Origin: Eledone cirrhosa
Lineage: Eukaryota
Assembly: GCA_964016885.1 (NCBI GenBank)
Contig: OZ024742.1
Span: forward strand, 29,450,001-29,514,000
Direction: 5' to 3'
DNA: 64,000 bases
Of the stretch, positions 36,381-50,300 are shown one piece after another (within the stretch, counting starts at the first letter, position 1; the number at the start of each line of letters is the position of its first letter). Both the position numbers and the translations under genes were made by a program. The notes under the pieces are model-generated. The model worked only from the letters and a program-made list of their open reading frames with translations. It was not told the origin of the DNA and searched no databases.

Positions 36381-36449
36381 TGTCCTATAGCTTGACTTAT
36401 TTTACCTTGACTTGTCTTCGCATATCTTCACCTAACCCATTTTGAATTG

Positions 36450-37130
36450 GCTTGGCTTAGTTGGCTTTAGCTGGCTTTAGCTGGCCTTAGCTGGCCTTAG
36501 CTGGCTTTAGCTGGTCTTAGCTCACTTTAGCTGGCCTTAGCTGGCCTTAGCTGGCCTTAGATGGCTTTAGCTGGTCTTAGCTGGCTTTAGTTGGCCTTAG
36601 CTGGCCTTAGCTGGCCTTAGCTGGCCTTAGCTGGCCTTAGTTGGCCTTAGCTGACCTTAGATGGCTTTAACAGGCCTTAGATGGCTTTAGCTGGCTTTAA
36701 CTGGCCTTATCTGGCTTTAGCTGGCTTTAGATTGCTTTAGCTGGCTTTAGCTGGCCATAGCTGGCTTTAGCTGGCCTTAGCTGGCCTTAGCTGGCCTTAG
36801 CTGGCCTTAGCTGGCCTTAGCTGGGCTTAATTGGACTTAGCTGGCTTTAGCTGGCCTTAGCTGGCCTTAGCTGGCTTTAATCGGCCTTAGCTTGTCTTAG
36901 TTGACTTTAACCGGCCTTAGCTGGCCTTAGCTGGCTTTAGCTGGCCTTAGCTGGCCTTAACTGGCCCTAGCTGGCTCTAACCGGCCTTAGCTGGCCTTAG
37001 CTGACTTTAGCTGGCCTTAGCTGGCCTTATTTGGCCTTAGTTGGCCTTAGCTGGCTTTAGCTGGCTTTAGATGGCTTTAGTTGGCCTTAGCTGGCCTTAA
37101 CTGGCCTTAGCTGGCTTTAGCCGGACTAGT
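36450..37130. repeat. 10 bp tandem repeat (TTAGCTGGCC/TTAGCTGGCT)n, ~65-70 copies
   Basis: Exact 10 bp phase visible in the column layout. Confidence 0.97.
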
Positions 37131-37287
37131 TCGGCTTGTCTTGATTTGTCTTGTTATTTCTTGATGTGATTTGGTGTTTGTCCTCATCTGTCTTGATCAA
37201 GCTGAACTCAGCTTGACTTGACCTAATTTAGCTCAGCTTGACATAGATTTGCTTACTGATATTTGAACTTGTTTATTTTCTCCAGCC

Positions 37288-37632
37288 GCAACCTAGTGCA
37301 GTCTGTGACTAACCCAGGTTCTGATAGCAGGTCGAGCTGAGGCAACCTGGTGCAGTCTGCGACTAACCCAGGTTCTGCTGCAGGTCGGGCTGAGGAAGGG
37401 AAACCCTTCAAATACCGGTCGCTCTCCTACAGGTTTGCGGTTGTAGTCTTGGCAGTGGAGACTTCTGGTGTCCTCGGCCCTAGGGCTACCTCCCTACTCA
37501 CCACCATAAGCGCCGAGCTGGCCAGCCGCAGGTGTTAGCCTCGCGAATTGGAATGACTTTTCCAGCGCGTCTCCCTTGCCGTCCTCTAGGGAAATGCCTT
37601 CTCCATTCTGTCCGCCGGGGCTGTGGGGAGGT
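37288..37632 (+). pseudogene. CRE-clade non-LTR retrotransposon 3' fragment (restriction-like endonuclease C-terminus); first ~54 bp tandemly duplicated
   Basis: AAGRAEEGKPFKY...LAVETSGVLG...RE..LFQRVSLAVL*GNAFSIL fits AA..AE..K..KY, AVET.G..G, QR.S.A..RGNA. Confidence 0.85.
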
Positions 37633-37929
37633 CACCACTATGATTGACTGACTTGTCATTTTATCAGTCAGATGTCCTATATCTGCAGTTTCCACATTTT
37701 ACATTTGCCTTTGTATAACTGTATATATATCACTTGTTATATTTTACTTGCTTTGACTTATATTTTGTTTTTTTACAAAAATACACTTCGAGACATCTAT
37801 TGATAATCTGTGTGGAAAAACACAGGAGTTAATAAGATTCGTAAAATAAGTCAATATGGCCATATGACAAGGGCTTCGATTGGTAAAACTAAGCTTCGTT
37901 TTATTTGGTTTGAAACGACTTAGATTTGT

Positions 37930-38390
37930 ATGACGTGACTCAGCTTGGTTTGTATGGTATGACCTGACCAGCTTGGTTTGTATAGTATGACCTGTCTTAG
38001 GTTAGTTGTGTATGTCATGACCTGGTTTACCTTGATTTGTATAGCATGACCTGGTTTAGGTTAGTTTTGTATGGTATGTCCTGGTTAACCTTGGTTTGTA
38101 TAGTAGGACCTGGCTTAATTGTTTTGCATGGTATGACCTGACTCAGCTTGATTTGTATGGTATGACCTGGTTTAGCTTGGTTTGTATGGTATGACCTGGT
38201 TTAGGTTAGTTTTGTATGGTATGACCTGGTTTAGTTGTTTTGTATGATATGACCGGGCTTAACTCTGTTTGTATAGTATGACCTCGCTTAGTTGTTTTGT
38301 ATAGTATGACCTGGTTTAGTTGGTTTGTATGGAATGACCTGGTTTAGCTTGGTTTGTATGGTATGACATGGTTTAGATTGGTTTTGTATG
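37930..38390. repeat. ~24-30 bp tandem repeat (tatgacctggtttagcttggtttgtatgg-like)
   Basis: tatgacctg recurs about 15 times. Confidence 0.9.
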
Positions 38391-38399
38391 TGTTGGTGT

Positions 38400-41300
38400 G
38401 TCTTCACACGGCTTCGATGTGGTGCGGCCTGGCTTAACTTGATGAGTCTTGACTTGTCACAGTTTAGATTGGTGTGGCCTGGTTTAGCTTGGTGTTGTGC
38501 AGCTTGATGTGTCTTGATTTCCATGGCTTAGATAGGTGTGGGCCGGTTTAGCTTCGTGTTGTGCAGCTTGATGTGTCTTGATTTCCATGGCTTAAAATTG
38601 GTGTGGTCTGGTTTAGCTTGGTTTTGTCAAGCTTGGTGTGTCTTGATTTCCCTGGCTTAGATTGGTGTGGCCTGGTTTAGCTTGGTTTTGTGCAGCTTGA
38701 TGTGTCTTGATTTCCCTGGCTTAGATTGGTGTGGCCTGGTTTAGCTTGGTTTTGTGAAGCTAGATGTCTTGATTTCCATGGCTTAGATTGGTGTGGCCTG
38801 GTTTATCTAGGTTTTAGTTTAGCTTGGTTTGTCTTGATTTACAGGGCGTAGTTTGGTGTGGCCTGGTTATCTTGGTTTTGTGCAGCTTGATGTGTCTTGA
38901 TTTTTATGGCTTAGATTGGTGTGGCCTGGTTTAGCTTGGCTTTAGTTTAGCTTGATGTGTCTTGATTTCCATGGCTTATATTGGTGTGGGCTGGTTGAGC
39001 TTGGCGATGTGAAGCTTGATGTGTTTTGGTTTCTATGGCTTAGATTTGTGTGAGCTGGTTTAGCTTGGTTATGTGCAGCTTGATGTGTCTTGATTTCCAT
39101 GGCTTAGATTGGTGTGGCCTGGTTTAGCTTGGTGTTGTGCAGATTGAGGTGTCTTGATTTCCATGGCTTAGATTGGTGTCGCCTGATTTAGGTTGGTTTT
39201 GTGCAGCTTGATGTGTCTTGATTTCCATGGCTTAGATTGGTGTGGCCTGGTTTAGCTTGGTTTTGGTTTAGCTTGGTTTGTCTTGATTTCCATGGCTTAG
39301 ATTGGTGTGGCCTGGTTTAGCCTGGTGTTGTGCAGATTGATGTGTCTTGATTTCCATGGCTTAGATTGGTGTGGCCTGGTTTAGCTTGGTGTTGTGCAGA
39401 TTGAGGTGTCTTGATTTCCATGGCTTAGATTGGTGTCGCCTGATTTAGGTTGGTTTTGTGCAGCTTGATGTGTCTTGATTTCCATGGCTTAGATTGGTGT
39501 GGCCTGGTTTAGCTTGGTTTTTATTTAGCTTGGTTTGTCTTCATATCCATGGCTTAGATTGGTGTGGCCTGGTTTAGCTTGGTTATGTGCAGCTTGGTGT
39601 GTCTTGATTTCCATGGCTTAGATTGGTGTGGCCTGGTTTAGCTTGGTGCTGTGCAGCTTGGTTTGTCTTGATTTCCATGGCTTAGATTGGTGTCGCCTGG
39701 TTAAGCTTGGTTTTCTGCAGCTTCATGTGTCTTGATTTCCATGGCTTAGATTGGATTGACCTGGTTTAGCTTGGTTATGTGCAGCTTGATGTGTCTTGAT
39801 TTCCATGGCTTAGATTGGTGTGGCCTGGTTTAGCCTGGTGTTGTGCAGCTTGATGTGTCTTGATTTCCATGGCTTAGATTGGTGCGGCCTTGTAAAGATT
39901 GGTGTTGTGCAGCTTGATGTATCTTGATTTTCATGGCTTAGATTGGTGTTGCCTGGTTTAGCTTGGTGTTGTGTGAGCTTGATGTGTCTTGATTTTCTTA
40001 GCTTAGATTGGTGTGGCGTGGTTTAGCTTGGTTTTTTTTAGCTTGGTTTGTCTTGATTTCCATGGCTTAGATTGGTGTGGCCTGGTTTAGATTAGTGTTG
40101 TGCAGTTTGGTGTGTCTTGATTTTCATGACTTAGATTGGTGTGTCCTGGTTTAGCTTGGTGTTGTGCAGCTTGATGTGTCTTGATTTTCATGGCTTAGAT
40201 TGGTGTGGCCTGGTTTATATTTGTGTTGTGCAGCTTGATGTGTCTTGATTATCATGGCTTAGATTGGTGTGGCCTGGTTTAGCTTGGTGTTGTGCAGCTT
40301 GATGTGTCTTGATTACCATGGCTTTTAATGGTGTGGGCTGGTTTAGCTTGGTGTTGTGCAGCTTGATATGTTTTGATTACCATGGCTTAGATTGGTGTGG
40401 CCTGGTTTAGCTTGGTGTTGTGCAGCTTGATGTGTCTTGATTTCCATGGCTTTTAATGGTGTGGGCTGGTTTAGCTTGGTGTTGTGCAGCTTGATGTGTC
40501 TTGATTTTCATATCATTTATTGGTGTGGCGTGGTTTAGCTTGGTGTTGTGCAGCTTGATGTGTCTTGATTTCCATGGCTTAGATTGGTGTGGCCTGGTTT
40601 AGCTTGGTGTTGTGCAGCTTGATGTGTCTTGATTTCCATGGCTTTTAATGGTGTGGGCTGGTTTAGCTTGGTGTTGTGCAGCTTGATGTGTCTTGATTTT
40701 CATGGCTTAGATTGGTGTGGCCTGGTTTAGATTTGTGTTGTGCAGCTTGATGTGTCTTTATTACCATGGCTTAGATTGATGTGGCCTGGTTTAGCTTGGT
40801 GTTGTGCAGCTTGATGTGTCTTGATTACCATGGCTTTTAATGGTGTGGGCTGGTTTAGCTTGGTGTTGTGCAGCTTGATGTGTCTTGATTTCCATGGCTT
40901 AGATTGGTGTGGCCTGGTTTAGCTTGGTGTTGTGCAGCTTGATGTGTCTTGATTTCCATGGCTTTTAATGGTGTGGGCTGGTTTAGCTTGGTGTTGTGCA
41001 GCTTGATGTGTCTTGATTTCCATGGCTTAGATTGGTGTCGCCTGGTTTAACTTGGTGTTGTGCAGCTTGATGTGTCTTGATTTCCATGGCTTTTAATGGT
41101 GTGGGCTGGTTTAGCTTGGTGTTGTGCAGCTTGATGTGTCTTGATTTCCATGGCTTAGATTGGTGTGGCCTGGTTTAGCTTGGTGTTGTGCAGCTTGATG
41201 TGTCTTGATTTCCATGGCTTTTAATAGTGTGGGCTGGTTTAGCTTGGTGTTGTGCAGCTTGATGTGTCTTGATTTTCATGGCTTAGATTGGTGTGGCCTG

Positions 41301-44300
41301 GTTTAGATTTGTGTTGTGCAGCTTGATGTGTCTTGATTACCATGGCTTAGATTGGTGTGGTCTGGTTTAGCTTGGTGTTGTGCAGCTTGATGTGTCTTGA
41401 TTACCATGGCTTTTAATGGTGTGGGCTGGTTTAGCTTGGTGTTGTGCAGCTTGATGTGTCTTGATTACCATGGCTTAGATTGGTGTGGCCTGGTTCAGCT
41501 TGGTGTTGTGCAGCTTGATGTGTCTTGATTTCCATGGCTTTTAATGGTGTGGGCTGGTTTAGCTTGGTGTTGTGCAGCTTGATGTGTCTTGATTTTCATA
41601 TCATTTATTGGTGTGGCGTGGTTTAGCTTGGTGTTGTGCAGCTTGATGTGTCTTGATTTCCATGGCTTAGATTGGTGTGGCCTGGTTTAGCTTGGTGTTG
41701 TGCAGATTGATGTGTCTTGATTTCCATGGCTTTTAATGGTGTGGGCTGGTTTAGCTTGGTGTTGTGCAGCTTGATGTGTCTTGATTTCCATGGCTTAGAC
41801 TGGTGTGGCCCGGTTTAGCGTGGTGTTGTGCAGCTTGATGTGTCTTGATTTCCGTGGCTTAGATTGGTGTGGCCCGGTTTAGCTTGGTGTTGTGCAGCTT
41901 GATGTGTCTTGATTTTCATGGCTTTTATTGGTGTGGGCTGGTTTAGCTTGGTGTTGTGTGAGCTTGATGTGTCTTGATTTTCTCAGCTTTTATTGGTGTG
42001 ACGTGGTTTAGCTTGGTTTTTTTTAGCTTTGTTTGTCTTGATTTCCATGGCTTAGATTGGTGTGGCCTGGTTTAGATTAGTGTTGTGCAGTTTGGTGTGT
42101 CTTGATTTTCATGACTTAGATTGGTGTGTCCTGGTTTAGCTTGGTGTTATGCAGCTTGATGTGTCTTGATTTTCATGGCTTAGATTGGTGTGGCCTGGTT
42201 TAGATTTGTGTTGTGCAGCTTGATGTGTCATGATTACCATGGCTTAGATTGGTGTGGCCTGGTTTAGCTTGGTGTTGTGCAGCTTGATGTGTCTTGATTT
42301 CCATGGCTTAGATTGGTGTCGCCTGATTTAGGTTGGTTTTGTGCAGCTTGATGTGTCTTGATTTCCATGGCTTAGATTGGTGTGGCCTGGTTTAGCTTGG
42401 TTTTGGTTTAGCTTGGTTTGTCTTGATTTCCATGGCTTAGATTGGTGTGGCCTGGTTTAGCTTGGTTTTGTGCAGCTTGATGTGTCTTGATTTCCATGGC
42501 TTAGATTGGTGTGGCCTGGTTTAGCTTGGTGTTGTGCAGCTTGGTTTGTCTTGATTTCCATGGCTTAGATTGGTGTCGCCTGGTTAAGCTTGGTTTTCTG
42601 CAGCTTCATGTGTCTTGATTTCCATGGCTTAGATTGGATTGACCTGGTTTAGCTTGGTTATGTGCAGCTTGATGTGTCTTGATTTCCATGGCTTAGATTG
42701 GTGTGGCCTGGTTTAGCTTGGTGTTGTGCAGCTTTGTTTGTGTTGATTTCCATGGCTTAGATTGGTGTCGCCTGGTTAAGCTTGGTTTTCTGCAGCTTCA
42801 TGTGTCTTGATTTCCATGGCTTAGATTGGTGTGGCCTGGTTTAGCCTGGTGTTGTGCAGCTTGACGTGTCTTGATTTCCATGGCTTAGATTGGTGCGGCC
42901 TTGTATAGATTGGTGTTGTGCAGCTTGATGTATCTTGATTTTCATGGCTTAGATTGGTGTGGCCTGGTTTAGCCTGGTGTTGTGCAGATTGATGTGTCTT
43001 GATTTCCATGGCTTAGATTGGTGTGGGCTGGTTTAGCTTGGTGTTGTGCAGCTTGATGTGTCTTGATTTTCATATCATTTATTGGTGTGGCGTGGTTTAG
43101 CTTGGTGTTGTGCAGCTTCTGTGTCTTGATTTCCATGGCTTAGATTGGTGTGGCCCGGTTTAGCGTGGTGTTGTGCAGCTTGATGTGTCTTGATTTACAT
43201 GGGTTAGATTGGTGTGGACTGGTTTAGCTTGGTGTTGTGTAGCTTGATGTGTCTTGATTTACATGGCTTAGATTGGTGTGGCCTGGTTTAGCTTGGTGTT
43301 GTGCAGCTTGATGTGTCTTGATTTCCATGGCTTAGATTGGTGTTGTGTAGCTTGATGTGTCTTGATTTCCATGGTTTAGATTGGTGTTGTGTAGCTTGAT
43401 GTGTCTTGATTTCCATGGCTTAGATTGGTGTGGCCCGGTTTAGCGTGGTATTGTGCAGCTTGATGTTTCTTGATTTACATTGCTTAGATTGGTGTGGCCT
43501 GGTTTAGCTTGGTGTTGTGCAGCTTGATGTGTCTTGATTCCCATGGCTTAGATTGGTGTGGCCCGCTTTAGCTTGGTGTTGTGCAGCTTGATGTGTCTTG
43601 ATTTCCGTGGCTTAGATTGGTGTGGCCCGGTTTAGCTTGGTGTTGTGCAGCTTGATGTGTCTTGATTTCCATGGCTTAGATTGGTGTGGCCCGGTTTAGC
43701 TTGGTGTTGTGCAGCTTGATGTCTCTTGATTTCCATGGCTTAGATTGGTGTGGCCCGGTTTAGCTTGGTGTTGTGCAGCTTGATGTGTCTTGATTTCCGT
43801 GGCTTAGATTAGTGTGGCCTGGTTTAGCTTGGTGTTGTGCAGCTTGATGTGTCTTGATTTCCATGGCTTAGATTGGTGTGGCCTGGTTTAGCTTGGTTTT
43901 CTGCAGCTTCATGTGTCTTGATTTCCATGGCTTAGATTGGTGTGGCCTGGTTTAGCCTGGTGTTGTGCAGCTTGACGTGTCTTGATTTCCATGGCTTAGA
44001 TTGGTGCGGCCTTGTATAGATTGGTGTTGTGCAGCTTGATGTATCTTGATTTTCATGGCTTAGATTGGTGTGGCCTGGTTTAGCCTGGTGTTGTGCAGAT
44101 TGATGTGTCTTGATTTCCATGGCTTTTAATGGTGTGGGCTGGTTTAGCTTGGTGTTGTGCAGCTTGATGTGTCTTGATTTTCATATCATTTATTGGTGTG
44201 GACTGGTTTAGCTTGGTTATGTGTAGCTTGATGTGTCTTGATTTCCATGGCTTAGATTGGTGTGGACTGGTTTAGTTTGGTTTTGTGCAGCTTGATGTGT

Positions 44301-47300
44301 CTTGATTTCCATGGCTTAGATTAGTGTGGCCTGGTTTAGCTTGGTTTTGTGCAGCTTGATGTGTCTTGATTTCCATGGCTTAGATTAGTGTGGCCTGGTT
44401 TAGCTTGGTTTTGTGCAGCTTGATGTGTCTTGATTTCCATGGCTTAGATTGGTGTGGCCTGGTTTAGCTTGGTTATGTGTAGCTTGATGTGTCTTGATTT
44501 ACATGGCTTAGATTGGTGTGGACTGGTTTAGCTTGGTTTTGTGCATCTTGATGTGTCTTGATTTCCGTGGCTTTTATTGGCGTGGCATGGTTTAGATTGG
44601 TGTTCTGCAGCTAGATGTGTCTTTATTTCCATGGCTTTTTGGGGTGTGGGCTGGTTTAGCTTGGTGTTGTGCAGCTTGATGTGTCTTGATTTCCATGACT
44701 TAGATTAGTGTGGCCTTGTTTAGCTTGGTGTTGTGCAGCTTAGTTTGTCTTGATTTCCATGGCTTAGATTGGTGTGGCGTGGTTTAGCTTGGTGTTGTGC
44801 AGCTTGATGTGTCTTGATTACCATGGCTTAGATTGGTGTGGACTGGTTTAGCTTGGTGTTGTGTAGCTTGATGTGTCTTGATTTGCATGGCTTAGATTGG
44901 TGTGGCCCGGTTTAGCTTGGTGTTGTGCAGCTTTATGTGTCTTGATTTCCATGGCTTTTATTGGTGTGGACTGGTTTAGCTTGGTGTTGTGCAGCTTGAT
45001 GTGTCTTGATTTCCATGGCTTAGATTGGTGTGGACTGGTTTAGCTTGGTGTTGTGCAGCTTGATGTGACTTGATTTCCATGGCTTAGATTGGTGTGGCCC
45101 GGTTTAGCTTGGTGTTGTGCAGCTTGATGTGTCTTGATTTCCATGGCTTAGATTGGTGTGGACTGGTTTAGCTTGGTGTTGTGCAGCTTGATGTGTCTTG
45201 ATTTCCATGGCTTAGATTGGTGTGGCCCGGTTTAGCTTGGTGTTGTGCCGCTTTATGTGTCTTGATTTCCGTGGCTTTTATTGGTGTGGCTTGGTTTAGA
45301 TTGGTGTTGTGCAGCTTGATATGTCTTGATTTCCATGGCTTAGATTGGTGTGGCCCGGTTTAGCTTCGTTTTTGTTTAGCTTGATGTGTCTTGATTTCCA
45401 ATGTTTAGATTTGTGTGACCTGGTTTAGCTTGGTTATGTGCAGCTTGATGTTTCTTGATTTCCATGGCTTAGATTGGTGTGGCCTGGTTTAGCCTGGTGT
45501 TGTGCAGATTGATGTGTCTTGATTTCCATGGCTTAGATTGGTGTGGCCTGGTTTAGCTTGGTGTTGTGCAGATTGATGTGTCTTGATTTCCATGGCTTAG
45601 ATTGGTGTCGCCTGATTTAGGTTGGTTTTGTGCAGCTTGGTGTGTCTTGATTTCCATGGCTTAGATTGGTGTGGCCTGGTTTAGCTTGGTTTTTGTTTAT
45701 CTTGGTTTGTCTTGATTTCCATGGCTTAGATTGGTGTGGCCTGGTTTAGCTTGGTTTTGTGCAGCTTGATGTGTCTTGATTTCCATGGCTTAGATTGGTG
45801 TGGCCTGGTTTAGCTTGGTGTTGAGCAGCTTGGTTTGTCTTGATTTCCATGGCTTAGATTGGTGTCGCCTGGTTAAGCTTGGTTTTCTGCAGCTTCATGT
45901 GTCTTGATTTCCATGGCTTAGATTGGATTGACCTGGTTTAGCTTGGTTATGTGCAGCTTGATGTGTCTTGATTTCCATGGCTTAGATTGGTGTGGCCTGG
46001 TTTAGCTTGGTGTTGTGCAGCTTGGTTTGTGTTGATTTCCATGGCTTAGATTGGTGTCGCCTGGTTAAGCTTGGTTTTCTGCAGCTTCATGTGTCTTGAT
46101 TTCCATGGCTTAGATTGGATTGACCTGGTTTAGCTTGGTTATGTGCAGCTTGATGTGTCTTGATTTCCATGGCTTAGATTAGTGTGGCCTGGTTTAGCCT
46201 GGTGTTGTGCAGCTTGACGTGTCTTGATTTCCATGGCTTAGATTGGTGCGGCCTTGTATAGATTGGTGTTGTGCAGCTTGATGTATCTTGATTTTCATGG
46301 CTTAGATTTGTGTTGCCTGGTTTAGCTTGGTGTTCTCCAACTTGATGTGTCTTGATTTTCATGGCTTTTATTGGTGTGGGCTGATTTAGCTTGGTGTTGT
46401 GTGAGCTTGATGTGTCTTGATTTTCTCAGCTTTTATTGGTGTGGCGTGGTTTAGCTTGGTTTTTTTTAGCTTGGTTTGTCTTGATTTCCATGGCTTAGAT
46501 TGGTGTGGCCTGGATTAGATTAGTGTTGTGCAGTTTGGTGTGTCTTGGTTTTCATGACTTAGATTGGTGTGTCCTGGTTTAGCTTGGTGTTGTGCAGCTT
46601 GATGTGTTTTGATTTCCATGGCTTGGATTGGTGTGGCCTGGTTTAGATTTGTGTTGTGCAGATTGATGTGTCTTGATTACCATGGCTTAGATTGGTGTGG
46701 CCTGGTTTAGATTTGTGTTGTGCAGCTTGATGTGTCTTGATTACCATGGCTTAGATTGGTGTGGCCTGGTTTAGATTAGTGTTGTGCAGTTTGGTGTGTC
46801 TTGGTTTTCATGACTTAGATTGGTGTGTCCTGGTTTAGCTTGGTGTTGTGCAGCTTGATGTGTTTTGATTTCCATGGCTTAGATTGGTGTGGCCTGGTTT
46901 AGATTTGTGTTGTGCAGATTGATGTGTCTTGATTACCATGGCTTAGATTGGTGTGGCCTGGTTTAGATTTGTGTTGTGCAGCTTGATGTGTCTTGATTAC
47001 CATGGCTCAGATTGGTGTGGCCTGGTTTAGCTTGGTGTTGTGCACCTTGATGTGTCTTGATTTCCATGGCTTTTAATGGTGTGGGCTGGTTTAGCTTGGT
47101 GTTGTGCAGCTTGATGCGTCTTGGTTTTCATGACTTAGATTGGTGTGGCCTGGTTTAGCTTGGTGTTGTGCAGCTTGATGTGTCTTCATTCCCATGGCTT
47201 GGATTGGTGTGGCCTTGTTTATATTGGTGTTGTGTAGTTTGATGTGTCTTGATTTCCATGGCTTAGATTGGTGTGGCCCGGTTTAGCTTGGTGTTGTGCA

Positions 47301-50300
47301 GCTTGATGTGTCTTGATTTCCGTGGCTTAGATTGGTGTGGTCCGGTTTAGCTTGGTGTTATGCAGCTTGATGTGTCTTAATTTCCGTGGCTTAGATTGGT
47401 TTGGCCCGGTTTAGCTTGGTGTTGTGCAGCTTGATGTGTCTTGATTTCCGTGGCTTAGATTGGTGTGGCCCGGTTTAGCTTGGTGTTATGCAGCTTGATG
47501 TGTCTTAATTTCCGTGGCTTAGATTGGTGTGGCCCGGTTTAGCTTGGTGTTGTGCAGCTTGATGTGTCTTGATTTCCGTCGCTTAGATTGGTGTGGACTG
47601 GTTTAGCTTGGTGTTGTGCAGCTTGATGTGTCTTTATTTCCATGGCTTTTTGGAGTGTTGGCTGGTTTAGCTTAGTGTTGTGCAGCTTGATGTGTCTTGA
47701 TTTCCATGGCTTAGATTAGTGTGGCCTTGTTTAGCTTGGTGTTGTGCAGCTTGGTTTGTCTTGATTTCCATGGCTTAGATTGGTGTGGCGTGGTTTAGCT
47801 TGGTGTTGTGCAGCTTTATGTGTCTTGATTTCCATGGCTTTTATTGGTGTGGACTGGTTTAGCTTGGTGTTGTGCAGCTTGATGTGTCTTGATTTCCATG
47901 GCTTAGGTTGGTGTGGCCCGGTTTAGCTTGGTGTTGTGCAGATTTATGTGTCTTGATTTCCATGGCTTTTATTGGTGTGGACTGGTTTAGCTTGGTGTTA
48001 TGCAGCTTGATGTGTCTTGATTACCATGGCTTAGGTTGGTGTGGCCTGGTTTAGAATTGTGTTGTGCAGCTTGATGTGTCTTGATTACCATGGCTTACAT
48101 TGGTGTGGCCTGGTTTAGCTTGGTGTTGTGCATCTTGATGTGTCTTGATTTCCATGGCTTAGATTGGTGTTGCCCGGTTTAGCTTGGTGTTGTGCAGCTT
48201 GATGTGTCTTGATTTCCATGGCTTAGATTGGTGTGGACTGGTTCAGCTTGGTGTTGTGCAGCTTGATGTGTCTTTATTTCCATGGCTTTTTGGGGTGTGG
48301 GCTGGTTTAGCTTAGTGTTGTGCAGCTTGATGTGTCTTGATTTCCATGGCTTAGATTAGTGTGGCCTTGTTTAGCTTGGTGTTGTGCAGCTTGGTTTGTC
48401 TTGATTTCCATGGCTTAGATTGGTGTGGCGTGGTTTAGCTTGGTGTTGTGCAGCTTGATGTGTCTTGATTACCATGGCTTAGATTGGTGTGGACTGGTTT
48501 AGCTTGGTGTTGTGCAGCTTGATTTGTCTTGATTTCCATGGCTTAGATTGGTGTGGCCCGGTTTAGCTTGGTGTTGTGCAGCTTTATGTGTCTTGATTTC
48601 CATGGCTTTTATTGGTGTGGACTGGTTTAGCTTGGTGTTGTGCAGCTTGATGTGTCTTGATTTCCATGGCTTAGATTAGTGTGGCCTTGTTTAGCTTGGT
48701 GTTGTGCAGCTTTATGTGTCTTGATTTCCATGGCTTTTATTGGTGTGGACTGGTTTAGCTTGGTGTTGTGCAGCTTGATGTGTCTTGATTTCCATGGCTT
48801 AGGTTGGTGTGGCCCGGTTTAGCTTGGTGTTGTGCATCTTTATGTGTCTTGATTTCCATGGCTTTTATTGGTGTGCACTGGTTTAGCTTGGTGTTGTGCA
48901 GCTTGATGTGTCTTGATTTCCATGGCTTAGATTGGTGTGGACTGGTTTAGCTTGGTGTTGTGCAGCTTGATGTGTCTTGATTACCATGGCTTAGATTGGT
49001 GTGGCCCGGTTTAGCTTGGTGTTGTGCATCTTTATGTGTCTTGATTTCCATGGCTTTTATTGGTGTGCACTGGTTTAGCTTGGTGTTGTGCAGCTTGATG
49101 TGTCTTGATTACAATGGCTTAGATTGGTGTGGCCCGGTTTAGCTTGGTGTTGTGCAGCTTTACGTGTCTTGATATCCATGGCTTTTATTGGTGTGGACTG
49201 GTTTAGCTTGGTGTTGTGCAGCTTGATGTGTCTTGATTTCCATGGCTTAGATTGGTGTGGACTGGTTTAGCTTGGTGTTGTGCAGCTTGATGTGTCTTGA
49301 TTTCCATGGCTTAGATTGGTGTGGCCCGGTTTAGCTTGGTGTTGTGCAGCTTGATGTGTCTTGATTTCCATGGCTTAGATTAGTGTGGCCTTGTTTAGCT
49401 TGGTTTTGTGAAGCTTGATGTGTCTTGATTTTCATATATTTTATTTTTGTGGCGTGGTTTAGCTTGGTTTTGTGCAACTTGATGTGTTTTCATTTCCATG
49501 GCTTAGATTGATGTTGACTGGTTAGGCTTGGTGTTGTGCAGCTTGATGTGTCTTGATTTTTTTAGCTTTCATGGGTGTGGCGTGGTTTAGCTTGGTTTTT
49601 TTTTAGCTGTGTCTTGATTTCGATGGCATAGATTGGTGTGGCCCGGTTTAGGTTCGTTTTTGTTTAGCTTGATGTGTCTTGATTTCCAATGTTTAGATTT
49701 GTGTGGCCTGGTTTAGCTTGGTGTTGTGCAGCTTGATGTGTCTTGATTTACTTAGCTTTTATTGGTGTGGCATGGTTTAGCTTATTTTTCTTTTAGCTTG
49801 GTTTGTCTTGATTACCATGGCTTAGATTGGTGTGGCCCGGTTTAGCTTGGTGTTGTGCAGCTTTACGTGTCTTGATATCCATGGCTTTTATTGGTGTGGA
49901 CTGGTTTAGCTTGGTGTTGTGCAGCTTGATGTGTCTTGATTTCCATGGCTTAGATTGGTGTGGACTGGTTTAGTTTGGTGTTGTGCAGCTTGATGTGTCT
50001 TGATTTCCATGGCTTAGATTGGTGTGGCCCGGTTTAGCTTGGTGTTGTGCAGCTTGATGTGTCTTGATTTCCATGGCTTAGATTAGTGTGGCCTTGTTTA
50101 GCTTGGTTTTGTGAAGCTTGATGTGTCTTGATTTTCATATATTTTATTTTTGTGGCGTGGTTTAGCTTGGTTTTGTGCAACTTGATGTGTTTTTATTTCC
50201 ATGGCTTAGATTGATGTTGACTGGTTAGGCTTGGTGTTGTGCAGCTTGATGTGTCTTGATTTTTTTAGCTTTCATTGGTGTGGCGTGGTTTAGCTTGGTT

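Noticed and set aside
36450-37130. Telomeric repeat (TTAG-containing)
   Set aside because: Unit is TTAGCTGGCC, not TTAGGG or TTAGG, and it is interstitial
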